A stretch of 41,971 nucleotides of DNA, from positions 1 to 41,971 of the IMG/VR virus record IMGVR_UViG_3300050015_000014, one strand, 5' to 3'. Below, piece after piece: positions 18,630 through 26,756 of this stretch; within the stretch, counting starts at the first letter, position 1; each line of letters opens with the position of its first letter. A program made the position numbers and the translations under genes. The notes beneath the pieces are model-generated. The model had not been told where the DNA came from and ran no database searches. It was given only the letters and a program-made list of their open reading frames with translations. This stretch comes from a virus. Taxonomy: Duplodnaviria > Caudoviricetes.

Positions 18630-18780
18630 AATTATTTATTTCCTTATTAGGTGTCTGAACTTATTGGAAGTTCAATTAAGGTTATTTGTGAAGTAATTTA
18701 AACATATTAAATTATCACAATTTAAAACGGCGACCTTAACGGTCATTTGGCGGCATATGAGAAATGCTGCATTTCTAAGA
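18630..18780 (-). promoter_or_regulatory. ~150-nt structured 5' leader of the scaffold-capsid operon
   Basis: Four inverted repeats (18656-18674, 18686-18720, 18731-18745, 18760-18776) between TATTTATA (18788-18781) and ATG 18629. Confidence 0.6.
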
Positions 18781-18830
18781 TATAAATATGAATAAAAAAG
18801 TGAAAATGATAAAAAAATATGATATTTATT
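18781..18830. promoter_or_regulatory. Divergent TATTTAT motifs (putative late promoters)
   Basis: TATTTATA on minus (18788-18781) and TATTTATT on plus (18823-18830) at a strand switch. Confidence 0.6.
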
Positions 18831-18956
18831 AATATGAATGAGAAATATCGTTCATATAATCGTAATATTGGAAGAATAATGCATCTATAAATAAAAGAAC
18901 ATAACTTATCCACCAATGGTGCTAATACTTATAGGTAGTTCAATATTTATCTGTTA

Positions 18957-19658
18957 ATGAAGGGAAAGAGTAATTCGATGTCATCTAAACTAAAAAAAAT
19001 TAAACAACTAATTAAAGGCGGAACTTTGTCAGAAAGACAGAAAAAAATGCTTTTGGTTGGATTAAAAAAAATAAAAGAATGCACAGGAAATATTGGTGGA
19101 GAAACGGATATTACAAATGCCGACAATTTAGTAGCGGAGGATGAATTTACTGCGGCAACCAAACCAGAAAGAAATATTATTGCTAAAACGTTTGATACTA
19201 AAGCAGATTTTGATAGTTATGTTAATCAACGTAGAGGAATAGAGATGACTTCTAAAGAACAAGAAGCATTAATAACAGAAGAATTGCCATCACAACAATC
19301 AAATTCATCTGGAAATCCTGAAATGAATAATACAAATGGAGAAGAAGATTTTACCGTTAATGATCCAATTCGTATTACAAAATCTATTACTTTTGTTGAT
19401 GATACTGAAGGAGCAGATATATTGGCAGATTTAATTGAAAAATTGGAACTCCAAACATCAAAACCAACTCAACAAGATAAATTTTTTGTTAAATATGAAA
19501 TAACTGATAATTTTGGAAAAAATGAAACAACGGTTATTAAAAAATTAAAAGAAGGTAATCAATATTGTTGGACTGCATTTTCTAAACATGAAAGTGCAGA
19601 AGATGAAGGAAAACCCGAAGGTTCTGAAGAAGATTCACAAGAATTAAACAATAAATAA
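18957..19658 (+). CDS. Hypothetical protein
   Basis: 233-aa ORF preceded by TATTTATC (18944-18951). Confidence 0.75.
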   Translation: MKGKSNSMSSKLKKIKQLIKGGTLSERQKKMLLVGLKKIKECTGNIGGETDITNADNLVAEDEFTAATKPERNIIAKTFDTKADFDSYVNQRRGIEMTSKEQEALITEELPSQQSNSSGNPEMNNTNGEEDFTVNDPIRITKSITFVDDTEGADILADLIEKLELQTSKPTQQDKFFVKYEITDNFGKNETTVIKKLKEGNQYCWTAFSKHESAEDEGKPEGSEEDSQELNNK

Positions 19659-19662
19659 ATAT

Positions 19663-20211
19663 ATGATTATATATAAAACTACTAATCTTATAAACGGGAA
19701 AATTTACGTTGGAAAAGATGTTAAAAATAATCATTCCTACATTGGATCTGGATTTATTTTTCGTATATCTGTGGAAAAATATGGTAAAGAAAACTTTAAA
19801 AAAGAAATATTAGAATATTGCCATACAATAGAAGAATTAAATAAAAAAGAAAAATATTGGATTAAAACTTTAAATTCTACTGATAAAAATATTGGATACA
19901 ATATAATGGAAGGTGGACAGGGTGGAAATTGTCATAACTATAAACGTGGACCAGAACATTATCTTTATAGGAAACCCTTGCCACAAAAAGTTAGAGATGC
20001 CGTATCATTAGCAAATACACAAAGACCTAAAGTATATGGAGAATGTAATAAAACTTACAAAAAAGTAGATGATAAAATAAAAATAATGATACTGGATTTA
20101 TCCAAAAATATGGGAAGAGACAAAATATACAACACATTGACAAGTATGGGGGTTAAATGTCCTCCTAGAAGAACTATTGGTCGAAGATTGAAAGAATGGT
20201 CTATTGCCTGA
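19663..20211 (+). CDS. GIY-YIG (Seg-like) homing endonuclease
   Basis: MIIYKTTNLINGKIYVGK, YIGSG, YGKENFKKEILE, EKYWI, GYNI..GG. Confidence 0.9.
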   Translation: MIIYKTTNLINGKIYVGKDVKNNHSYIGSGFIFRISVEKYGKENFKKEILEYCHTIEELNKKEKYWIKTLNSTDKNIGYNIMEGGQGGNCHNYKRGPEHYLYRKPLPQKVRDAVSLANTQRPKVYGECNKTYKKVDDKIKIMILDLSKNMGRDKIYNTLTSMGVKCPPRRTIGRRLKEWSIA

Positions 20212-20223
20212 ATATTTATTATT

Positions 20224-20550
20224 ATGATAAAACTTACAGAGTTAATGCATTCCATTAAAAATGAAGAACAATCGAATTTGATATCGGTGGACGATTGGCG
20301 TTGGCCAGATGTAGAACATCTTGTAAACATGGGATTTGAGTTTGGCGACGATTATACAATGATAACTACCAAAACCCCAAAATTAAAAATTTACAAAAAG
20401 AAAGATACGGATGAAAATAAAAAAATAACATCCTATTTCTATATTGAAGAAGAAGATAAAGATAGAAAACCAAAAAGATTCAAAACTTTTAATGATGTCA
20501 TTGATTATTTTGATACTTATTCCCAACCCGAACTAGATAAAAACAAGTAA
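20224..20550 (+). CDS. Hypothetical protein with MIKLTELM leader
   Basis: 108-aa ORF; TATTTATT ends 3 nt before the ATG. Confidence 0.75.
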   Translation: MIKLTELMHSIKNEEQSNLISVDDWRWPDVEHLVNMGFEFGDDYTMITTKTPKLKIYKKKDTDENKKITSYFYIEEEDKDRKPKRFKTFNDVIDYFDTYSQPELDKNK

Positions 20551-20581
20551 TAATGACATTGTCAGATATATTTATAATCAT

Positions 20582-21211
20582 ATGAGCATTCCTAAAACGA
20601 CAAAATTTACACTAAAACGAATTGTAGAAGGTATAACCAATGGTACTATTCCTAACAATGGGTTTGGTGAAGAAGTAAAACGACTAACGCCAGAACAAAA
20701 AAATAGATTGGTAGAGATGGCATCTAATTTTGAAAACTATGGCGAATGTTTAAGAAATGAAGAATCTATTGTTAATTCGGCTAAAGGATTAACAGAGTTG
20801 TCTGAATTGGCAGAACAATACGCATTAAATGAATGTGGTGACGCTTTCCAACGAAATATCGTGGAAAGAGACATGAAAGAATTGAAGAAACGTGTAATGG
20901 AACATACCAAAATTGCTAAAGAATGTTATGCTCGTATGCAGCAATTAGGAGTATCTTATCAAGACATTGGACATATACTTGGACGTTATTATAATTTGAA
21001 AAAAGCAAAATCAATGGATCAAGATTATACTTCTCCAGGAGATTCTAAAGTAATGAATGAAGGAGATCATGTATGCGCTTGGTGTAAGAAAACATTAACA
21101 CAGAATGCTATCAATGGAAAACGTGATACCCACGGAATTTGTCCAGAATGTAAATCTAAATTTTTTGGTTCAGGAGATACTTCTAAAAAAGAGATTCCTG
21201 TTTCCAAGTAA
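20582..21211 (+). CDS. Helical hypothetical protein with C-terminal CxxC...CxxC zinc-binding module
   Basis: FTLKRIVE near the N-terminus; CAWC...THGICPEC after VMNE; TATTTATA at 20569-20576. Confidence 0.75.
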   Translation: MSIPKTTKFTLKRIVEGITNGTIPNNGFGEEVKRLTPEQKNRLVEMASNFENYGECLRNEESIVNSAKGLTELSELAEQYALNECGDAFQRNIVERDMKELKKRVMEHTKIAKECYARMQQLGVSYQDIGHILGRYYNLKKAKSMDQDYTSPGDSKVMNEGDHVCAWCKKTLTQNAINGKRDTHGICPECKSKFFGSGDTSKKEIPVSK

Positions 21212-21242
21212 TTATTTTAAAGCATAATTAAAATTAAAAGTT

Positions 21243-21521
21243 ATGGCAAGAGGACATCAATATTATATTGAAAACAAAGAGAAAATAAAAGAACAACAAA
21301 AACAATATTGTATTAAAAATAAAGATTCCATACGAGAACGAAAACGACTAGCACATTTTAATAGAAAGTATAATTTGTCTATATATCAATATGAACAAAT
21401 GTTTACATCTCAAAATGGAAAATGTGCTATATGTGATGTTGATTTAAAAACTCTTGATAGAATCAATATTCATATAGATCATGATCATAAAACAAAATTT
21501 GTTAATACCAATGTGAATTGA
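21243..21521 (+). pseudogene. Truncated endonuclease VII-type HNH endonuclease
   Basis: KYNLS..QYEQM..QNGKCAIC..IDHDHKT is present, but the expected VRGLLCxxCN half is missing. Confidence 0.75.
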
Positions 21522-21820
21522 TTTGCCATTTGAAGAATATTTTCAAATGCTCTTTTTTTAACTTCTAAATCATCATTATTGATATATTCTTTTTCTTTTA
21601 CATCTTTTAATTCTTCGGATTTAAGTTTTAAATTCCAGAATTGATAACCTCCTCCATTCTCTCTACCCTTGGCATCAACAATGATAATTGCTTGACGTGA
21701 AGTATCAAAACAAAGTTTTCTTAGTTCTTCTGCTTTCTCCAATATCATTGCTTCAACATCCGATAGTCTATCGGTGTCAGTTATTTTTTCATCAGAAACG
21801 TTTGTGTGTTTAATAATCAT
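21485..21820 (-). CDS. Hypothetical protein, C-terminus possibly truncated
   Basis: 111-aa ORF whose 3' end overlaps the convergent endonuclease fragment by 37 nt. Confidence 0.6.
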   Translation of the reverse strand: MIIKHTNVSDEKITDTDRLSDVEAMILEKAEELRKLCFDTSRQAIIIVDAKGRENGGGYQFWNLKLKSEELKDVKEKEYINNDDLEVKKRAFENILQMANQFTLVLTNFVL

Positions 21821-21822
21821 AA

Positions 21823-21941
21823 TTAAAATAAATCTCCTCGTTCAATCATTTTTAAATCTTTTCTTACATTCATTAAAATTTTACCCAAATTATTTTCTCC
21901 ATTACCATCTACATCAGTTCCCAAATTATGTTATTAGACAT
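21823..21941 (-). pseudogene. C-terminal remnant of a NADAR (YbiA-like) gene
   Basis: Frame 21924-21823 reads LGTDVDGNGENNLGKILMNVRKDLKMIERGDLF*, matching the NADAR WG...G.N.LG..LM.VR motif; the N-terminal part is absent. Confidence 0.7.
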
Positions 21942-22716
21942 ATTTTTCCAGTTTTTTGGTTCTTTCATTATATCTGTAAAAATCACACCTGAGATACTCC
22001 ATTATTTCTCTCATTCTTTCAACATCTCTTTTTTTGAGAGAGTTATCAATGTTATAGTGTTTCTTTTCATCATACTCTACTATGATGTTTCGGGTTGGTT
22101 CGTAATAATCAACAAAATATCCAAGATGTTGAACAAAAAATTCCCCATTCTTCGACGCATATAATCCATTCCATCCCATTTCCTTCTCTAAGATATTAAA
22201 ATATTCACATGCTCGTTTGTTATATCGTGGAGCGATAGACCCATTATTTTCAATGATATGTCGTATTTTCGCCAATCTCATTTTTCGTTTTGTTTCGGGT
22301 GATTGTATCCTCCCAATCAATCCTTCGCTGATATGTTCTCTATGCTCTTGTGAGATTGGCACTGCCCATCTTAACTCGTGTAGTTTTTGTTTATGTTCTT
22401 CTGAACAATGGGAACCAAAATTTGGACATAAAGAACCTGTCAACCCAAACATGGGATTTCGTTCCCCTAAAAATCTATTTCGTTTTTTGTTTCTCGTTTC
22501 TTCACTATCAACTCTACCCGTATGAGTTATTCTGGCTATTTCCCTAACATATTCTGGACAAGGTTTTCCATAGTTTGGATTATTTTCACCGAGGTTGGAA
22601 CATCTTTTACAAACTTGATTCAGTTTGTTTGCTACTTTCAATCCTTTTTTGGAGGAATAATAAAGAACGTTTTTACAACTCGGACAACTACGATGATATT
22701 CACTTTTAGCAATCAT
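21934..22716 (-). CDS. Putative homing endonuclease: Zn ribbon + NUMOD3 repeats + PD-(D/E)xK/Vsr-like nuclease
   Basis: CPSC..CKRC; GENNPNYGK, SEETRNK, GERNPMFG, SPETKRKM; GYFVDYY..NIIVEYDEKKH. Confidence 0.8.
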   Translation of the reverse strand: MIAKSEYHRSCPSCKNVLYYSSKKGLKVANKLNQVCKRCSNLGENNPNYGKPCPEYVREIARITHTGRVDSEETRNKKRNRFLGERNPMFGLTGSLCPNFGSHCSEEHKQKLHELRWAVPISQEHREHISEGLIGRIQSPETKRKMRLAKIRHIIENNGSIAPRYNKRACEYFNILEKEMGWNGLYASKNGEFFVQHLGYFVDYYEPTRNIIVEYDEKKHYNIDNSLKKRDVERMREIMEYLRCDFYRYNERTKKLEKYV

Positions 22717-22781
22717 ATATATAAATATAATGCCAATGGGTTAAACATCTAAATACTCCAAAAAATATTCATCATCTTCTA

Positions 22782-23036
22782 TCATACTTCACCAGCTTTC
22801 TGACATTCTTCAAAATATTTTCCTTCTTCACCACAAGCATCCGTGTCTGCGTAAGGTTCTCGTTCCATCCAACAATATAATCGACCCACCACCGTTTCAT
22901 CTCCATTTATTAAATTTATTCGTATATCCGGAGGAATTCTTAAACACGGAACACTTGAGAGAGTATAATATCCAAAAATTTTATTATAATCGGGTTGATT
23001 ATATCCACAATGCTTACAATTTTTACACAATTTCAT
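22782..23036 (-). CDS. Small Cys-rich hypothetical protein
   Basis: MKLCKNCKHC...CGEEGKYFE; ATGA-coupled to the upstream gene. Confidence 0.7.
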   Translation of the reverse strand: MKLCKNCKHCGYNQPDYNKIFGYYTLSSVPCLRIPPDIRINLINGDETVVGRLYCWMEREPYADTDACGEEGKYFEECQKAGEV

Positions 23037-23446
23037 AATCCTCTAAAACTTGTTATTTCAAGTGCTTTCCAACAAAGTTTACAGTATTTAATTCCATCAC
23101 GTATATAATTCTGATTTTCTGGATGGGGACACGTATGTTGTTTTAATTCGTGATATAAATCATGATCTACTACAATATTACTCTTGGCACCTTTATCAAC
23201 TGTTTCATCTACATAAGAATGTGCGATTTGATTGATAATAATGAATTCATTATCCATAATTTCATCACAATTATGTATAAATTCACATCCTGCTTGAAAT
23301 TGTTTTTTATCTTCTTCAGTTGGAACAACAATTGTGAAATCTACAAATGGAATTTTAGAAGTATCCTTAATATTCTTTTTATACTTTCGCATTCTTTTTT
23401 CGGGTGGAACCCATTGAGAATCGTATTTTTTAGTTATTTTTTTCAT
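23033..23446 (-). CDS. Hypothetical protein with C-terminal CPH...CxxC motif
   Basis: 137-aa ORF, ATGA-coupled on both sides. Confidence 0.7.
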   Translation of the reverse strand: MKKITKKYDSQWVPPEKRMRKYKKNIKDTSKIPFVDFTIVVPTEEDKKQFQAGCEFIHNCDEIMDNEFIIINQIAHSYVDETVDKGAKSNIVVDHDLYHELKQHTCPHPENQNYIRDGIKYCKLCWKALEITSFRGL

Positions 23447-24165
23447 AATTTAATCGAATTTAAAATTGGCATATATAAATCATAACATATTTTATTAGCA
23501 ACATTTTTATCATATTCATATATAACCTTAATATTATTATATGATTCTATTAAATTTTTTTCATACATATCCATTAAACTTAATATATCTTCTTTATTAT
23601 AGATTCCGGGTGTAGTTTTAATTTTAAATAATATATCGTCTAAATCATATTTTCTAATGTTAACAGGAAAAATTCCACTTTGAAAGAATATTTTCCCACA
23701 TAAACACAATCTTAAATATTGAACTAAATTTTTATGACTATATCCATACTTATCTAGTGATTGTTTACGTTTACTGCCCAATAATCCAGTTCTTTCTCCC
23801 AACACCAATCTTTTTTCTGAAAAACAATATCCTTTTAAACATTTGAATAGTTTGTGTGAGTCAATTAATTTATCTTTATATGATTGTATATGTTTAAATT
23901 CATCTGTGATTTCTATCCATTTTTCATTATACAACATTTCTAAACACATTGTATTTCCATTGGAAAGTAAAAATAAAAAGTGACGCAATTCCCACCCAAA
24001 AGAATCTTCTTCGGCAGTTTGTTTTGATTGATGATCATGTCTTTCTAATCCAAAAATCTTGGATGGTTCATCATGAATAAAAACATACCGATCATCTATA
24101 TCAGATGATGGGGTGTTTAACCCATATGAATAACTTCCGCCTAAATATTTTGCTAATATTTTCAT
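23443..24165 (-). CDS. Pol-beta-superfamily nucleotidyltransferase (YcgL/RlaP-like)
   Basis: GGSYSYGLNTPSSDIDDRYVF, WELRHFLFLLSNGN..LEML, GSKRK..YGY..K. Confidence 0.85.
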   Translation of the reverse strand: MKILAKYLGGSYSYGLNTPSSDIDDRYVFIHDEPSKIFGLERHDHQSKQTAEEDSFGWELRHFLFLLSNGNTMCLEMLYNEKWIEITDEFKHIQSYKDKLIDSHKLFKCLKGYCFSEKRLVLGERTGLLGSKRKQSLDKYGYSHKNLVQYLRLCLCGKIFFQSGIFPVNIRKYDLDDILFKIKTTPGIYNKEDILSLMDMYEKNLIESYNNIKVIYEYDKNVANKICYDLYMPILNSIKL

Positions 24166-24177
24166 TTTCTAACACAC

Positions 24178-24205
24178 AATATAACAGATTGTAGAATACT
24201 GTCAA
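24178..24205 (-). promoter_or_regulatory. sigma70-like promoter TTGACA-16-TATATT with extended TG
   Basis: -35 at 24205-24200, -10 at 24183-24178, ahead of ATG 24165. Confidence 0.65.
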
Positions 24206-25068
24206 CTCCAAGTTTTCACTTCCTCATCAAGATTATTTAATTCTTTTTCCGTAACAATATAATAATGATATCCAAATTCTTCACAATATTTTTCTGCGGC
24301 AGCTTTTTTCTTTATATTGTTATTATATGGCATCATACTTATGGGTTTTATTTCTATTATATGATTACCATTCACTACAAAATCGGGTATATATTGGTGT
24401 ATATTATTATCATATATATATGGAATAGAAAATGATGGTTTAGTCAATGTTTTTATAGCAGAACAATTTTCACAAAATTTTAAAAAATTTTCCTCATAAG
24501 AACTTTGAAAATAGAAATTTATATTGAATTTTTCGCTATAAAAATAACCAGTTTTACAATTGCTATATGGATTTAACTTCCCATTTAAATATGCCTTGGT
24601 TGCTTTATCAGATGCCATTTTACTCCACTTTTTATAATATTCTGGATTTTTAAGTTTTTCCTTCATGTTCTTACTTATATTTTCAGAATATATTTTTCTA
24701 TTATTTGGACTTTTATTCAACCATTTAACAAGTGGATTTTTGTCTCCATTAAAATCGGCGTGATTTTCGGACATTTGTTTTTTCGTTTTTCGAGAGTGTT
24801 TTTTTCCATAAAATGGATTTTTCTCTCCCATCATTGCATCCGATATTTTTTTCTTTTGTTCTTCTGATACCACAAATCCGGGAATTCTTCCACAATTAGC
24901 ATCTATACATGATTTGGATACTTTAACTTTTACATTATTAGAAACAAATTTTGTATTTGGATATTTTTCTAATATTTCTGTCGGAGTTATATCGTGTATA
25001 ATTCTTATGTGAGACATTAAAGATTTAAATTTTTTATAGCAAATAGGACAAGATATTAATTTATTCAT
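24202..25068 (-). CDS. Putative homing endonuclease: Zn finger + NUMOD3 + TnsA-like PD-(D/E)xK nuclease
   Basis: CPIC..HIRIIH; GEKNPFYGKKHS; FQSSYE..YIPDFVV..IIEIKP..K..AA..YC..VTEKEL. Confidence 0.8.
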   Translation of the reverse strand: MNKLISCPICYKKFKSLMSHIRIIHDITPTEILEKYPNTKFVSNNVKVKVSKSCIDANCGRIPGFVVSEEQKKKISDAMMGEKNPFYGKKHSRKTKKQMSENHADFNGDKNPLVKWLNKSPNNRKIYSENISKNMKEKLKNPEYYKKWSKMASDKATKAYLNGKLNPYSNCKTGYFYSEKFNINFYFQSSYEENFLKFCENCSAIKTLTKPSFSIPYIYDNNIHQYIPDFVVNGNHIIEIKPISMMPYNNNIKKKAAAEKYCEEFGYHYYIVTEKELNNLDEEVKTWS

Positions 25069-25118
25069 ATGTTATAAATATAAGCATATCCAGTAAAAGT
25101 ATATAATATTTATAAAAT

Positions 25119-25146
25119 AATATAACAGATTATGAAGTGTTGTCAA
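25119..25146 (-). promoter_or_regulatory. sigma70-like promoter TTGACA-16-TATATT with extended TG
   Basis: -35 at 25146-25141, -10 at 25124-25119; shares AATCTGTTATATT with the 24178-24205 promoter. Confidence 0.6.
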
Positions 25147-25148
25147 AT

Positions 25149-25679
25149 TCATTTTATCTCTTTGAATGGAGGAGGGCATAGAAGATTTATATATATCATT
25201 ATTTTATTATAAACCATATCATCTTTACAAAAATTATATTTTTTTGTGGAAATTTCATTAACCCATTGTCTAAGGTCTGTCCCAAATTCTTCACTTCTGG
25301 CTTTGGCATCGCAACAAAACTCTGCCAAATATACCTCGGGCATATCTCTTATCCCGCCAGCCCATGATTCAGGATGATGTTTGTTTGTTTTTTGATGATG
25401 TTGAATTGCCATTCTCATTTTAAGTTTAGCATTTTCCTGTTTAATATCTGATGGTTCTGAACTGGATAAATTATCAAATTCTATTCCATAAAATTTACTT
25501 GTATCATGAACGTATCCATTAGCAATTAACTGTCTCCCCAAGTCTATTTGACCATTTTCTATAAGTTTCTCACCCAAAACGAGACAATTATCTTCTACAT
25601 TTCTAATATGCCGAGTCAAACCACGGATTTTATCCATAGTTATTTCGGCTTCTTTTTTAATACGGTCAATACGTTTCAT
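25149..25679 (-). CDS. HD-like (DUF5662-type) putative phosphohydrolase
   Basis: RHIRNV, HDTSK, AIQHHQKTNKHHPESW, MPEVYLAEFCCD..AR. Confidence 0.7.
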   Translation of the reverse strand: MKRIDRIKKEAEITMDKIRGLTRHIRNVEDNCLVLGEKLIENGQIDLGRQLIANGYVHDTSKFYGIEFDNLSSSEPSDIKQENAKLKMRMAIQHHQKTNKHHPESWAGGIRDMPEVYLAEFCCDAKARSEEFGTDLRQWVNEISTKKYNFCKDDMVYNKIMIYINLLCPPPFKEIK

Positions 25680-26056
25680 ATATTTTCTTTTGGTCTATGA
25701 CGGATTACCAATCCTGAAATTGTATAGGTATCATCAACCATATGTGTATCTTGGTTCACTGATCCATGCCCCTCGGGGCGAATAGTTATTATTTCTCCCT
25801 CCTCACCAACTTCAGACATTTTTTCTTCAAAAAACCCAATCTCTGCCATAAGATATCCATCTTCAATCCTAAAATTTTCTGCGACACCTACGATATCGGT
25901 TTCTACATGAGTCATTGCGGGGGCGTTGAAAATTAACATTTTTGGATTTTTGGTTATATCAAAATGCTGTTTTAACGCATTCTCTACCACAGCACGAGGA
26001 TAAATTGTTCCTCTATTAGTGGGATGATATATTTCTAATATTTTTACTGTTACCAT
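25676..26056 (-). CDS. Degenerate paralogue of the gp21-type prohead protease
   Basis: PTNRGTIYPRAVV vs KNQNGRIYPDEIL; FRIEDGYLMAEIGFF vs MHWQGDDLIGTVEIL; IRPEGHGSV vs ISSRGLGTL. Confidence 0.6.
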   Translation of the reverse strand: MVTVKILEIYHPTNRGTIYPRAVVENALKQHFDITKNPKMLIFNAPAMTHVETDIVGVAENFRIEDGYLMAEIGFFEEKMSEVGEEGEIITIRPEGHGSVNQDTHMVDDTYTISGLVIRHRPKENI

Positions 26057-26062
26057 GCAGGA

Positions 26063-26091
26063 AGTCTAACAGATATTACGAAAGGAGTCAA
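26063..26091 (-). promoter_or_regulatory. sigma70-like promoter TTGACT-17-TAGACT with extended TG, probably leaderless
   Basis: -35 at 26091-26086, -10 at 26068-26063, 6 nt before ATG 26056. Confidence 0.6.
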
Positions 26092-26113
26092 GAAGAGATG
26101 AAATTAACTCATT

Positions 26114-26755
26114 TTAAAATGGATTTTCTCCAGTTTTTATAACCGATTTTATTTTATTTAATGTATTTTTATAAATCACATCTACCCTTGATCTATTTAA
26201 TCTAAACATAGTTCCAATATCAGCTAAAGAATATCCTTTATTCCGCAGACATAATATCCGATGTTCTCTTTCGCTAAGACCAGTGAGGTTCATATAATAA
26301 TCTAATTCTGGGGTTCCACTTGAAAGATCTTCAAAATCTTGTTTTATATTTGGATTTTTTTGATAGAAATTTCTCCAAAACTCATTTTCTTGTTTTTTCT
26401 TTAATAATTCCCGCTCTTCTTTTCGTTTTTTTCTTGTAGCAACCAGTTCTGGTGAAAGTGGAATTTTTTCTTTTTTAACTGGTATTATGTTTGACATCGG
26501 AGGAAAGGGTTCCCATTTTCCCATATGTTTAAACATCCACGTCCCTTTATAATTCGCTATCAATCTACCATTTCCTCCAGTATAAAATTCTCCGTCTTCA
26601 GTCAAGAGATAAAATGTAACTGTTGGATCAACTGGTGAAATTTCTTTTTTTATAATTTTCCACGACGAACCAAAACTCCTGTTTACAAGACGAATTGCCA
26701 TTGCTTCATCGGAATAGGTATCATCTTCTAAAAGAATGTCAGTCAATCGTATCAT
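26114..26755 (-). CDS. Protein with MIRLTDILLE leader and C-terminal sigma70 region-4-like HTH
   Basis: LSEREHRILCLR..GYSLADIGTMFRLNRSRVDVIYKNTLNKIK. Confidence 0.75.
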   Translation of the reverse strand: MIRLTDILLEDDTYSDEAMAIRLVNRSFGSSWKIIKKEISPVDPTVTFYLLTEDGEFYTGGNGRLIANYKGTWMFKHMGKWEPFPPMSNIIPVKKEKIPLSPELVATRKKRKEERELLKKKQENEFWRNFYQKNPNIKQDFEDLSSGTPELDYYMNLTGLSEREHRILCLRNKGYSLADIGTMFRLNRSRVDVIYKNTLNKIKSVIKTGENPF

Positions 26756-26756
26756 A

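Noticed and set aside
18834-18940. Short ORF after the plus-strand TATTTATT motif
   Set aside because: Only 18 codons; may be a decayed gene fragment, but nothing supportable.
20554-20564. Palindrome TGACATTGTCA upstream of gene 20582
   Set aside because: A single 5-bp-arm palindrome with no second copy noticed; not distinguishable from chance.
21934-22780. Group I intron housing the endonuclease within the NADAR gene
   Set aside because: No 5' exon found, and the flanks are too short to hold a ribozyme core.
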